DNA of 64,000 nucleotides, taken from positions 1 to 64,000 of the forward strand of contig CAVPNL010000006.1 of the NCBI GenBank assembly GCA_963706575.1, written 5' to 3'. This stretch comes from an uncultured delta proteobacterium (GTDB taxonomy: Bacteria > Desulfobacterota > Desulfobacteria > Desulfobacterales > JAHEIW01). The notes below the pieces were generated by a model. That model did no database searches and had not been told where the DNA came from. It saw nothing but the letters and a program-made list of their open reading frames with translations. Position numbers and translations under genes: made by a program. Shown here one piece after another: positions 10,862 through 21,248 of the stretch (position 1 is the stretch's first letter; the number at the start of each line of letters is the position of its first letter).

Positions 10862-11614
10862 ATGGCCCCTCCGTGGAATATAACTGAGATGCTGGGCAGC
10901 GGTCCCATTCCGGAAACCATCATCGCCCCCATTGATGGTGCCGAGATGGTATTGGTGCCTGCCGGGGATTTTATTAAAGGAATCTCAGAAGCGGAATTAG
11001 CCCAGATATATCTGCTGGACGAAAATGAGAACCCCGTCTTTGCCTCAGAAGTTCCTTCCAGGATCATTTATGTGAAAGATTTTTATATCGACCGCTATCC
11101 GGTCACCAATTATCAGTACCAAAAATTTATCGACGCCACCGGCCATCGCAAACCGATTCTTTTGAATCATCCGTTGTGGGGACAACCGATGAAGCCGGTC
11201 GTATTTGTGGGCTGGGAGGATGCCCGTGCATATGCCGGCTGGGCGGGTAAATCCCTTCCATCCGAGGAGCAATGGGAAAAGGCCGGCCGTGGTGAAGATG
11301 GCCGATGGTGGGCCTGGGGACAGGATTTTTTGCCGGAACGTTGTAATTATAATGAATACGGACTCGGGCACACCTCTGAAATTGGATTCTTCGACCGAGG
11401 CGTCAGCCCTTACGGTTGCTATGATATGTGCGGCAATATCTGGGAGATGTGTGAAGGCCGATGGCTGGAGGATAGCCTGCCCATGCGGGGAGGGTGTTTT
11501 TTAGGTTCCGCCACCTTTGTTAGAGTCACCTGCCGCTGGACCCCGGAAGACCCGGTAAACGGCGCTCACTGGATGGGATTTCGCTGCGTAAAAGAGATTC
11601 CAACCCAGCAGTAA
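10862..11614 (+). CDS. FGE-sulfatase (SUMF1/EgtB/PvdO-like) domain protein
   Basis: MVLVPAG.F, YPVTN.QY, LPSEEQWEKAGRG, YDMCGNIWE, RGG and GFRCV motifs. Confidence 0.85.
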   Translation: MAPPWNITEMLGSGPIPETIIAPIDGAEMVLVPAGDFIKGISEAELAQIYLLDENENPVFASEVPSRIIYVKDFYIDRYPVTNYQYQKFIDATGHRKPILLNHPLWGQPMKPVVFVGWEDARAYAGWAGKSLPSEEQWEKAGRGEDGRWWAWGQDFLPERCNYNEYGLGHTSEIGFFDRGVSPYGCYDMCGNIWEMCEGRWLEDSLPMRGGCFLGSATFVRVTCRWTPEDPVNGAHWMGFRCVKEIPTQQ

Positions 11615-11618
11615 AATG

Positions 11619-11701
11619 GCATAGCGCATGGAGCATAGGGTAAGAAAATGTTATCGAAGTTCCCTGTTTCAACACTTTGCGCTATGCGCTCTGCTCTATG
11701 C
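11619..11701. repeat. Heptamer (GCATAGN) inverted-repeat element
   Basis: gcatagc-gcatgga-gcatagg ... ctttgc-gctatgc-gctctgc-tctatgc. Confidence 0.8.
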
Positions 11702-11770
11702 AGCTGACTTTTAGCTTTACCTTCCTTGCAGCGTCTACCCAATACCCACTACCGAATACCCAATTTCCAA

Positions 11771-12898
11771 TTAGACAAAAAAACTCCACAAAATCCCGGC
11801 ACAAATAGCCGAGCCGATAACACCCGATGAGTTACACGCCATTCCATGCATCAGCAGAAAGTTCGTCGGGTCCTCTTTCAAACCCATCAAATGAACTTCC
11901 CGGGCGGAACCGGGCACGGCGGATACGCCGGCCGCGCCCAGCAGCGGGTTGATTTTCTCTTTAATAAACAGGTTCATAATTTTTGCGAAAATGACCCCGG
12001 AGGCCGTGGCAATTGAAAATGCAACGGCTCCCAGAAAGAATATTCCCAACGATTTTGGCGTCAGAAATACATCGGCCTGGGTGCTGCAGCCGACCGTAAA
12101 GCCAAGAAAGATCGTGGCGGTATCGATGATGGCGGATTGCGCGGTATTGGCCAGGCGATTCACCACGCCGCATTCTTTTAAAAAATTTCCCAAAAACAGC
12201 ATCCCGAGCAGCGGCAGCGCGGTCGGAGCCAGAAAACAGCACAGCAAAACGCCCGCCACCGGAAATATCAGAAGTTCCTTCCTGGAGACTTTGCGGGCCG
12301 GCGGCATTTTGATAAGCCGCTCTTTTTTGGTGGTCAACAGGAGCATAATCGGCGGCTGAATAACCGGGATTAATGCCATATAAGAATAGGCGGCAATCGC
12401 AATGGGTCCGATGAGGTGCGGCGCAAGCTTGGCAGTTAAAAAAATGGATGTCGGCCCGTCGGCCCCGCCGATAATGCCAATCGAGGCGGCTTCCTTGGGA
12501 GCAAATCCGAAAAACAAAGCCCCCAGCAGGGTAAAATATATTCCCATCTGGGCTGCTGCACCCAATAGCATGAGTTTGGGCTGGGCCAATAGGGATGAAA
12601 AATCGGTCATGGCCCCTAAACCCAGAAACACAATCGAAGGATAGACACCCGTCGTTACGCCGAAGTAAAGATAGTGCAGAACGCTGTTGGGTTCATAAAT
12701 ACCGATTCCAAAACCTTTGAAAAAAGGAATATTACCCACCAAAATGCCAAAGCCGATGGGAACCAGCAGCAGCGGTTCGTATTTTTTGGCGGTGCCAAGA
12801 TAGAGAAAGATACTGCCCACCACAATCATGATGTAATGGCGATAGTCCGCTAAATAATAACCGGTATTTGTTAAAAACTGAAAAAATAGATCAAACAT
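11771..12898 (-). CDS. oadB: Na+-translocating decarboxylase beta subunit
   Basis: YEPLLLVPIGFG, IGIIGGADGPTS, AAYSYMAL.P.IQPP and NPLLGAAGVSAVP motifs. Confidence 0.93.
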   Translation of the reverse strand: MFDLFFQFLTNTGYYLADYRHYIMIVVGSIFLYLGTAKKYEPLLLVPIGFGILVGNIPFFKGFGIGIYEPNSVLHYLYFGVTTGVYPSIVFLGLGAMTDFSSLLAQPKLMLLGAAAQMGIYFTLLGALFFGFAPKEAASIGIIGGADGPTSIFLTAKLAPHLIGPIAIAAYSYMALIPVIQPPIMLLLTTKKERLIKMPPARKVSRKELLIFPVAGVLLCCFLAPTALPLLGMLFLGNFLKECGVVNRLANTAQSAIIDTATIFLGFTVGCSTQADVFLTPKSLGIFFLGAVAFSIATASGVIFAKIMNLFIKEKINPLLGAAGVSAVPGSAREVHLMGLKEDPTNFLLMHGMACNSSGVIGSAICAGILWSFFV

Positions 12899-12901
12899 TG
12901 T

Positions 12902-13339
12902 TTAAGCCTTAATTTCCTTTTGTTTATTCCAGGTAAACGTGCCATCCCCCTGGGCGACCAATATGTCGGCTTCCTGCAGACGCTGTATCGACAGATGGGG
13001 ATGGGGCATATCATTATTATTTGCAATTTCAAATAGTTGTGAGAGTTTAAAGGATTCTTGCAGCTGGTCTACCAGGGGTTTGTACGCACTGGCCAGCTCA
13101 TCAACAGACGGCAGGTGGCGTTCCGAGTAAACAGGGGCATCGACTTTTTCGGCAACAGCAGGTGGGGCCTTTTTTTTGAATCGTTCTATGAGTTTTTCTC
13201 TATCGTCCCAGAGTTTAAGCAATTTGTGAATTTGGGAAATAACAAAAGACAATACAACCAGGCCCGAGAATACGATCGTGGCGCCAACTGCTGCCATGGC
13301 CCATCCGTTCTGGTTGGTTATGTTCTCAATACCAATCAA
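12902..13339 (-). CDS. oadG: OadG-family gamma subunit of Na+-translocating decarboxylase
   Basis: Single N-terminal TM (GATIVFSGLVVL) followed by an Ala/Pro linker; directly upstream of oadB. Confidence 0.75.
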   Translation of the reverse strand: MIGIENITNQNGWAMAAVGATIVFSGLVVLSFVISQIHKLLKLWDDREKLIERFKKKAPPAVAEKVDAPVYSERHLPSVDELASAYKPLVDQLQESFKLSQLFEIANNNDMPHPHLSIQRLQEADILVAQGDGTFTWNKQKEIKA

Positions 13340-13725
13340 TTTATGCCTCCTTAATACACGCGGTCTTCGTGCAAAAGTTCGAAATTAATAATTAAGCGTA
13401 ATTGAATAACTTCCGTCCGAACAGCGGCCTGCGTGTATGCGCGTATAACATTTACTGCCCCCAAAACGCCTCAAATTTAGAGATTGGATTTTCTGAGCTT
13501 TTTCTACTGTGAAAAATGCAACTGCTTGGGCAAGGGACGAAATATATGAAATGATTTCGAATAATATGGTTTTGAAATCTTTCAATAGCTCATATATTGT
13601 GAGAGATGTCAATAAAAAATATCCAATAATAAGATCTCAGCATATTTTAACTGAATCCGGCTTTTAGCAGGATTAATCCCTTTTATTAACCTTAGGTATT
13701 TTCGTTCATTTTAAGTTTTTACAAT

Positions 13726-13741
13726 TGTTTCACGTGAAAAC
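13726..13741. promoter_or_regulatory. Second, imperfect parS site
   Basis: TGTTTCACGTGAAAAC, 14/16 match to consensus, in an AT-rich intergenic region. Confidence 0.6.
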
Positions 13742-14120
13742 GGTCCCCGATAAGCGCCAGCACACTAAAAACGTAAAAAAATGCTGACTTGCCATGAGGT
13801 CTTTGTTACTAATATTATTTGGAAAACGATTTGACAGCATTTTACAGTTTATAACCAACTGATATTTTTAAATAAAAATTTTTTCAAATTCGATAATTCT
13901 GACTTGACCCCGAGCACTGTTTTTATTTATAAAGGCACAATCTTTTGGCATTTCACCAAATTGAATTTTGTTCTTGCTATTCCTGTTGAACATAGGAGAG
14001 GATGATATTCGGGGCTGAGCCCAAACGGCCGCGGATTATAGACTCCCTGAGGAATCATATCGTTTATCCCAAAAAAGACGAAACGCCTTTCTCATTCCAC
14101 ACTACGAAGGAGGAAATCTA

Positions 14121-15314
14121 ATGATGAAAAAAACGATTTACGGTTTCGCAACCATCTGTCTTGTTTTTGCCTTAATTTTGGCGACAAATGCTGTGGCGCT
14201 GGCGGATGAAAAACCCAATACCTTCGGGTTGCTTCTTGTCGGGCCTTATAACGACCACGGCTGGAGCCAGGCCCATTATGAGGGCGCCAAATATGTCGAG
14301 AAAATGGTGCCGGGCACCAAGATGATCTATATTGACAAGGTCAATCCGGCAGATCGTCCCGGAGTCACCATTCCGCAGCTGGTTGACGATATGGCGGAAA
14401 AGGGTGTCAAGCTGATCATCGCCAACTCCGACGACATGAAAGATGGTACCCGTGAGGCCGCGGCAATGCATCCGGACATTTACTTTCTCCATATTTCCGG
14501 AGACGATGTGCTGACCGGCAAGGCCCCAAAGAATTTAAGCAATTTAATGGGACGCATGGAATACGGCAAAATGATGGCCGGTTTTGCTGCGGCAATGACC
14601 ACCAAGACCGGGAAAATAGGTTATCTGGGACCCCTGATCAATGAAGAAACCCGTCGTTTGGTTGCCAGCGCTTATCTGGGAGCAAAATATGCCTGGCAAA
14701 ATGTGCTAAAAAAAGACCTGAAGCAGTTGAAATTTCAGGTTACCTGGATTGGCTTCTGGTTCAACATTCCCGGCGTCACGGCTGATCCGACCCAGGTCGC
14801 TCAGAACTTTTTTAACACCGGATATGATGTGGTTATCTCCGGCATTGACACGACCGAAGCGGCTGTGGTGGCCCAACAGAAAAAGCAGGAAGGCAAGGCG
14901 GTCTGGGCCATTCCGTATGATTACATCGGTGCCTGTGAAGGCGCTTCGGATGTGTGCCTTGGCGTGCCTTACTTTAACTGGGGACCGGGTTATGTGGACT
15001 TTGTGAAAGCTGCTTTTTCCGGAAAATGGCAGCCCAAGTGGGTATGGTTGGGACCGGACTGGAAAGATATCAATAATCCGGATACCAGTACAGTGGGATT
15101 TGTTGCCGGCTCAGCGCTTCCGGCCTCGGCTAAAAAAGAACTGGACAGCTTCATTAAAGGCCTGGGCTCTGGTAAAATCAATTTGTTAAAAGGCCCCCTG
15201 AATTATCAGGACGGCAGTCCGTTTGTCAAAGCCGGTCAAACTGCAAGCGACAAGCAGGTCTGGTACATGGAACAGTTGCTGCAGGGGATTGACGGGCAAA
15301 GCTCCGCAAAGTGA
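14121..15314 (+). CDS. BMP/PnrA-family ABC transporter substrate-binding protein (nucleoside/purine type)
   Basis: Signal peptide; GPYNDHGWSQAHYEG; TKTGKIGYLG; strong AAGGAGG RBS. Confidence 0.88.
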   Translation: MMKKTIYGFATICLVFALILATNAVALADEKPNTFGLLLVGPYNDHGWSQAHYEGAKYVEKMVPGTKMIYIDKVNPADRPGVTIPQLVDDMAEKGVKLIIANSDDMKDGTREAAAMHPDIYFLHISGDDVLTGKAPKNLSNLMGRMEYGKMMAGFAAAMTTKTGKIGYLGPLINEETRRLVASAYLGAKYAWQNVLKKDLKQLKFQVTWIGFWFNIPGVTADPTQVAQNFFNTGYDVVISGIDTTEAAVVAQQKKQEGKAVWAIPYDYIGACEGASDVCLGVPYFNWGPGYVDFVKAAFSGKWQPKWVWLGPDWKDINNPDTSTVGFVAGSALPASAKKELDSFIKGLGSGKINLLKGPLNYQDGSPFVKAGQTASDKQVWYMEQLLQGIDGQSSAK

Positions 15315-15348
15315 TGTTCAATTTAGAAAAAACTGATGATTAGATACG

Positions 15349-15389
15349 AAAGTGCAGGAGGACGCTGGAATCCTCCTGCACTTTGTTTT
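15349..15389 (+). terminator. Intra-operon hairpin / intrinsic terminator after the binding-protein gene
   Basis: Perfect 14-bp stem AAAGTGCAGGAGGA / TCCTCCTGCACTTT followed by GTTTT. Confidence 0.75.
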
Positions 15390-15518
15390 ATCGTACACCA
15401 TTACGCCACCATTCCATCATTCCAACAATCCATCGTACTTAAAATCTGTTTACTTTTTAGACCGAATACGATTATTTAGGTTCAACACGCCAATACGAAT
15501 TGAAGACAAATAGTTATC

Positions 15519-16979
15519 ATGCAAATCGAGCTGCGCGATATTCACAAATATTTTGGGCCCGTAAAAGCCAACAACGGAATTAATTTGACAGTTGATGCCG
15601 CTGAGATCCACGGAATCCTGGGAGAGAATGGTGCCGGGAAAAGTACGTTGATGAAAATTCTGGCGGGATTCAGCAATCAGACCCGTGGCCAAATTTTTAT
15701 TGACGGAACTGCGGTTGATTACCGAAATCCGGCTCATGCTGCAGCGCTGGGCATTGGCATGCTGTACCAGGATCCACTTGATTTTCCGCTGTTGTCCGTG
15801 CTGGATAACTTTATGCTGGGCCAAACCGATAGCCTTGGCTCCGAAAAGAAAAAATTAAGCAAAAGCTTTAATGCATTGGCTCACGCATTGAATTTTCTTT
15901 TGCCGCCGGATGCTGCTTTAAAAACACTGACCATCGGAGAACGTCAGCAACTTGAAATTCTGCGGCTCATGGCCCTTGGCATAAAGGTGCTGATCCTGGA
16001 TGAACCGACAACCGGCATATCCAGCACTCAGAAAGAGGTTCTTTTTGATGCCCTTCGGAAACTGGCAGCCGAAAACAAAAGCATCATTCTGGTTTCGCAT
16101 AAGCTGGAAGATGTTGAGGCGCTGTGTGACAGAGTAACCGTCTTGCGCCACGGCAAGATCACCGGTGAGATGAATCGACCTTTTGATTCCTCGGGGCTTC
16201 TCGAAATGATGTTCGGCACCCCGCCGGTCTTTCCACCGCGCTGCTCGGAAACACCGGGTTTGGATGTTCTGGTTATGACCGGTGTGTCCGGCACGGGCGG
16301 GCGCGCCGGGCTAAAAGATTGTGATGTTGTCATCCGCGAGGGTGAAGTTGTCGGGCTGGCGGGGCTTGAAGGTAGCGGGCAGGGAGTTTTTCTAAGGATT
16401 GCCGCCGGTTTAAAACGGGCAAGGCGGGGGTCGATACGGTTGCCTGGGCGTGACATGCACCGGCAAGACCACCACGCTTTCAAACGCGAGGGTGTTACCT
16501 TTCTGCCGGCATCTCGGCTTGAAGAAGGCTTGATTTCCGGGTTAAGCATCACCGAACATTTTGCCCTTCAGGAAAGCCAGGACAAATTTATGGTTCGCTG
16601 GCAGGAAGCCTATCAGGCGGCGGAACAGCAAATTGCTAATTTTCGAATTAAAGGACTGCCGACGTCTGCGGTTGAAGAACTTTCAGGAGGCAACCAGCAG
16701 CGGCTTTTATTGTCTTTTCTTCCTGCTAACCCGGTGCTTTTGCTGCTTGAAAATCCGACGCGAGGTTTAGATCTAGAATCTGTCAACTGGGTCTGGCAGC
16801 ATTTACACACCTATTGTGGTAAAAAGACCAGTATCGTTTTTTCATCCCCCGAGCTGGATGAGATCCTGATGGTGGCCGACCGTGTGCTTGTTTTCTTCAA
16901 CGGCCGGATTATAAAAGAAGTTGAAGCCTCAAACACTGACGCCGTGGAATTAGGACGCGCCATAGCTGGCAAGATATGA
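15519..16979 (+). CDS. ABC transporter ATP-binding protein, two NBDs (NupA/YufO type)
   Basis: GENGAGKST, ILDEPT and LSGGNQQ motifs. Confidence 0.92.
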   Translation: MQIELRDIHKYFGPVKANNGINLTVDAAEIHGILGENGAGKSTLMKILAGFSNQTRGQIFIDGTAVDYRNPAHAAALGIGMLYQDPLDFPLLSVLDNFMLGQTDSLGSEKKKLSKSFNALAHALNFLLPPDAALKTLTIGERQQLEILRLMALGIKVLILDEPTTGISSTQKEVLFDALRKLAAENKSIILVSHKLEDVEALCDRVTVLRHGKITGEMNRPFDSSGLLEMMFGTPPVFPPRCSETPGLDVLVMTGVSGTGGRAGLKDCDVVIREGEVVGLAGLEGSGQGVFLRIAAGLKRARRGSIRLPGRDMHRQDHHAFKREGVTFLPASRLEEGLISGLSITEHFALQESQDKFMVRWQEAYQAAEQQIANFRIKGLPTSAVEELSGGNQQRLLLSFLPANPVLLLLENPTRGLDLESVNWVWQHLHTYCGKKTSIVFSSPELDEILMVADRVLVFFNGRIIKEVEASNTDAVELGRAIAGKI

Positions 16980-17027
16980 AAAGTTCGAGTTTAGATTGAA
17001 ATATATTGATCTTCTTTGTGCACAGTC

Positions 17028-18096
17028 ATGACCTCCTTTAAAACAAACCAGTTTTTACCCATGATTAAGCAATCGCGGCACGTTTTGGTGACCGTGATTG
17101 CCGTGTTTTTTTTCACTTCCCTGATTTTGATCATTGCCGGCGCCCCACCGCTGGCAGCCTATTATCATATATTTAAGGGATCGCTGGGCTCCTGGCTTAA
17201 ATTTGCGCATGTCATCAAAGCCTGGATCCCGCTTACCTTATGCGCCTGCGGTCTGATTTTCACATTTCGAATCGGTCTCTGGAACATCGGCATTGAAGGC
17301 CAGGTCATGATGGGGGCCATTTTTTCTACAGCCGCGCTGCGTTTCGGGCTGGAAAGCCAGATGCCCGCGATGATTATTTCGTCATCCATTGTTGCCGGAT
17401 TGATTGGTGGTGCGCTGTGGGCTTTGTTTGCCGGCTTTCTGAAGACAAAAGGCGACGTCAATGAAATTTTTGCCGGCCTCGGCCTCAATTTTGTGGCTCA
17501 GGGAATCATCCTCTGGCTCATATTCGGTCCTTGGAAGCGACCGGGCGTGGCATCGATGAGCGGCACCGAGGTGTTTCCACCGCATTTATGGTTATCCCAG
17601 ATGGCGTCGATCCGTTTGTCACCGCCGGCTCTGGCCATCGTATGTGTTTCCCTGATTTTAACGGCTTTAATTTTGCGCTACACCAAGATCGGTTTGAATT
17701 TAAAAGCCATTGGAAGCAATCCATCCGCGGCTTATTTGTTCGGACTCAAACCGGCCCGCAATATGGTGCTTGCCATGATATTTGCCGGTGGATTTGCCGG
17801 GATTGCCGGAAGTCTTCAGGTCGTCGGTGTCTACCATCGCCTGCTTCCGGCCATATCTCAGCAATTACGGGTATCTGGCCCTTCTGGTTGCGATGCTGGC
17901 GAATTACAACATCTGGCTGGTGCCGCCGGTGGCTTTGTTCTTTGCCTGCTTGAATGTCGGCAGCATCCAGCTGCCCATGGCGCTTCAGCTGGATTCTTCT
18001 TTAAGCGGTGTCATTCAGGGAGCCCTGGTGCTGGCAACTCTCGGCATTCATGGCTGGCGACAGAAACGAGTAAAAAGCATAGAGCATAGGGCATAG
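17028..18096 (+). CDS. ABC transporter permease (BPD_transp_2); single frameshift near 17858
   Basis: GLWNIGIEGQ motif; the frame switch joins PAIS- to -SNYGYLALLVA and restores the hydrophobic C-terminus. Confidence 0.85.
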
Positions 18097-18154
18097 CGCA
18101 AAGCGTAAGGAAAATGAGAGAAAAAATGCAAATCATAGCATCGACCCTATGCCC
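18077..18154. repeat. Heptamer (GCATAGN) repeat element overlapping the permease stop codon
   Basis: gcataga-gcatagg-gcatagc-gcaaagc, with partial complement ccctatgccc. Confidence 0.7.
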
Positions 18155-18199
18155 GTTTGGAATTAGTACTCCAGTACTCCAACACCCCATTGTGAAGCC

Positions 18200-19180
18200 A
18201 TGCTTGAACTTGATTTAACCATACTGCTTGCCGGTGTTGTTGCCGGCGCCGCACCCATCGTGCTGGCCGCCCTGGGTGAAACCATAACGGAGAAAGCCGG
18301 GCTTATCAACCTTTCTCTGGACGGTTCCATCCTGTTGAGTGCAATGGCGGCTTTTGCCATTGCCTTTGAGACCAACAACGTCCTGGCCGGCTTTGTCGGC
18401 GGTGCACTGGTGGGAGCGCTGATGGCATTGGTTGTGGCCGTATTCAGCATTTATATGGGTCAGAACCAGGTGGCGGTGGGATTTGTCTTAACTCTGATGG
18501 GACGGGATCTGGCCTATTTTATCGGCAACCCTTACTCACGCATACAGGGCCCCCAGGTGAAACCGCTTTCCGTGCCGCTGCTGGATCAGATTCCATTTTT
18601 GGGTGACCTCTTTTTTCACCACAATCTGCCGGTTTACCTCAGCCTTCTGATGATTTTTGTTTGCTGGTGGTATATTAACCGTACGCCCTACGGTCTTGAG
18701 CTTCGATCGGTCGGCGAACACCCCCGGGCGTCATTTGCCCGGGGAATTAATCCTCAGAAGCTGCAGCTGTTGTATGCGGTCTGCGGCGGTTTGCTGGTCG
18801 GACTGGCCGGAGCCACATTTTCACTGGCCACCAAGCCCGGCTGGGGGCGTCCCCAGGGTGCCGAAGGAACCGGCTGGATCGCCCTGGCGCTTGTGATCTT
18901 TGGGGGTTGGAATCCGGTAAAGGCGGCGATCGGCGCCTATCTTTTTTCGTTTTTACAGGTTATGGGCATTTATTTTCAGGGGTGGCTGCCTTCGGTTCCG
19001 GCCCAGGTCTTTCAGGTGGCGCCTTTCCCGCTGATGATTTTTACCCTCCTGGTTATGTCCGTTGCCCAGAAAGAATCCGTAACCATCTGGGCGGAGGGCA
19101 AGGCCCATGTCAAAGCCTTGCTGAACATGTTTTCGGGCATGGCCCCGTCTGCTCTGGGCAAACCCTATAGGCCGGAGTAA
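18200..19180 (+). CDS. ABC transporter permease (BPD_transp_2)
   Basis: LAALGE..TEKAG.INL.LDG, LRSVGEHP and GWIALALVIFG.W.P motifs. Confidence 0.9.
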   Translation: MLELDLTILLAGVVAGAAPIVLAALGETITEKAGLINLSLDGSILLSAMAAFAIAFETNNVLAGFVGGALVGALMALVVAVFSIYMGQNQVAVGFVLTLMGRDLAYFIGNPYSRIQGPQVKPLSVPLLDQIPFLGDLFFHHNLPVYLSLLMIFVCWWYINRTPYGLELRSVGEHPRASFARGINPQKLQLLYAVCGGLLVGLAGATFSLATKPGWGRPQGAEGTGWIALALVIFGGWNPVKAAIGAYLFSFLQVMGIYFQGWLPSVPAQVFQVAPFPLMIFTLLVMSVAQKESVTIWAEGKAHVKALLNMFSGMAPSALGKPYRPE

Positions 19181-19192
19181 TGTAAATTTATC

Positions 19193-19248
19193 GCATAGAG
19201 CATAGTGCAAAGCGCATAGCGTGAAGGGCATGGCGCATAGAGTATAAA
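19193..19248. repeat. Tandem array of about 8 degenerate GCATAGN heptamers
   Basis: gcataga-gcatagt-gcaaagc-gcatagc-gtgaagg-gcatggc-gcataga-gtataaa. Confidence 0.75.
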
Positions 19249-19499
19249 ACGCGCATTATTCAGATAGGCGAAATAATATATTGAAAATACAATACATACT
19301 GCTAAAAAATCCGTGATAATCTGTGTAGATATCTGTCTCGTAAAAAGATCCGCAGATTACCCAGAATTTTCACGACTCGCATAATTTTAGGCTATTTATA
19401 TATTTATGGATGTCTCCCTCACTGCAATATATGGTGAACAGTTCCTCACGCGAAGGCGCAAGGTGTTAATAAAATAAAGGCTGTTCTGCTGCAGGAATT

Positions 19500-20597
19500 T
19501 CAAGATAAATTTTGAACCCATTTTTTGAACATCGCATCCTGGAATTGATATTTATTGTTTTTGGATAGTACTTCTTTTTCAACGAGCGATGTCAGAGCCC
19601 TTTGAAGGACGGATCCAGAATTAAAGCCGACACGTTGAAGCTGCTCGGCAGTATAAATACCTTCGCCCCCTGTTTCAGCCAGTAGCCATAAAGCTTTTTT
19701 CTGATTCTGGGTTAACAGATTCCAGATAACGATAAATTGATTCTTCTGGCTGATGATGATCGATTTTTGGATTTCTTCAAGAGCGGCCAGGTTGATTGTG
19801 TCGCAACGCCACAGGTCAAATAAAAACTGCTGTATGTACATGGGTTGATAATCACAGCGCTCAACGATGTCGATGATAATTTCTTTGTCGACATTTACAC
19901 TTTTCTTTTTGAAAAGCTTTTGTGCCCAATCAACGTAATGCTGCATTTCAATATTTTCGAGCGGATAGCTGCGGGCCATCTTGTAAAAAGCCCGTTTAGC
20001 CGAATCGAACATCTCGATCAAAATATGCTTTTGGCTGCCTGAAAAGATGTAGCTGATATTTCGATGCCCCTGAATAACTTTGCGAAGGCGCTTTTCAAAA
20101 CCTTCTTCTGAATATTTGGCCACCTCCTGAAATTCATCGAAAACGACCAATAATTTTTGTTTCTTTGAATAAGAAGCCAGGATGCTGAGTGCCTTTTCCA
20201 GGTACTCCGGCTTCTCTCTCGGTTTGATCGATGCTGAAAGTGTTGGCAGGTTGGTCACAGGGTCGATGCTGCCGGTTACCTTGAGTCCGGCCATTTGATT
20301 TAAGAGCCGTTCCAGTCTGGATTCTATTTGCACAAGGCCGGTCAGGATAGCGTCAATAAAATTATTTTCGTCAAGGCTGCCGTACAGGTCGATATAAATA
20401 GATTTAACCGTTGGTTTTGCTTTTTTAAGCCGGTGTATCACCTGGTGCACCAGAGATGTTTTCCCCATGCGGCGATGGGAATAAACCAGTACATTTTGTG
20501 AATGTTGCGCATAATAGATTAAGTCTTTTTGCTCTTTGGCTCTGTTACAGAAAGCTTCGCCGGTGACGTAATCTGAATACGAGAAAGGGTTTTTCAT
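19500..20597 (-). CDS. AAA+ ATPase (archaeal-ATPase-like) with C-terminal winged helix
   Basis: MKNPF..., FCNR..E, Walker A-like SHRRMGKTS, Walker B VVFDEFQ, FSGS. Confidence 0.85.
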   Translation of the reverse strand: MKNPFSYSDYVTGEAFCNRAKEQKDLIYYAQHSQNVLVYSHRRMGKTSLVHQVIHRLKKAKPTVKSIYIDLYGSLDENNFIDAILTGLVQIESRLERLLNQMAGLKVTGSIDPVTNLPTLSASIKPREKPEYLEKALSILASYSKKQKLLVVFDEFQEVAKYSEEGFEKRLRKVIQGHRNISYIFSGSQKHILIEMFDSAKRAFYKMARSYPLENIEMQHYVDWAQKLFKKKSVNVDKEIIIDIVERCDYQPMYIQQFLFDLWRCDTINLAALEEIQKSIIISQKNQFIVIWNLLTQNQKKALWLLAETGGEGIYTAEQLQRVGFNSGSVLQRALTSLVEKEVLSKNNKYQFQDAMFKKWVQNLS

Positions 20598-21248
20598 AAA
20601 AACTGCCTTTGATTATGCATTAAGTGAATACGCAATTTATATATACATATTATGCGTAATTTAAGATATTTCTTTTTGAAAGCATTGTAAAGAATTTTTT
20701 TTTCCAAAGACCATCAACATTAATAAGCTGACCTGTCTTTTGAGCTTTTCCCAGGAAAGTTAATAAGTAAAGAGCGTCCCTGAACTGCCCAAAAGATCTT
20801 AACAGAAACAAAGTTTTTTCATACGGTGTCAGCGATACGTAAGAAACGAACCGCTAATAACGTATTGGCAAAGGAGCCGATATGGAAAACCCATGTACCG
20901 ATGGGTTCATGCCCTACTGGATAGACTCTATAATGAAAACGATCAGATGATACCGTTATCGTTGTTTTCAAAACCAACCCCACCAATCGACCCTCTCTTT
21001 CATAAAAGTATCGACGCAAGGAGCTTATGCACGTTGTTTCCTAAGTTGAATTATTGGGTGGGCCCAAGGCCAAAACGTAAAGCTATTGTTCAAGGCAGGA
21101 TTCCCTGAATGCGGAATTCGGAATGTGGGAGGTGGAAGAAAAAAAGCTCACCGTTCAAGAAAAGATTCCGCTTGTTCCAGTCCGGTATCGACGGTTGGTT
21201 GTTCAGAAATTGGCTTACATGGCCTACCCTTGATGATTTGACGAAAAT

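Noticed and set aside
10862..11614. DGR target protein or true formylglycine-generating enzyme
   Set aside because: No reverse transcriptase or template repeat is visible in the window, and the FGE catalytic Cys pair is not evident.
13400..14000. oriC in the AT-rich intergenic region
   Set aside because: I could not find clustered DnaA boxes; only a parS-like site is present.
17850..17865. Programmed ribosomal frameshift in the ABC permease
   Set aside because: No slippery sequence is present, and the window has many similar indels that look like sequencing error.
10700..19248. CRISPR array
   Set aside because: Repeats are 7-nt tandem units in hairpin arms, not 23-47 nt repeats with regular spacers, and there are no cas genes.
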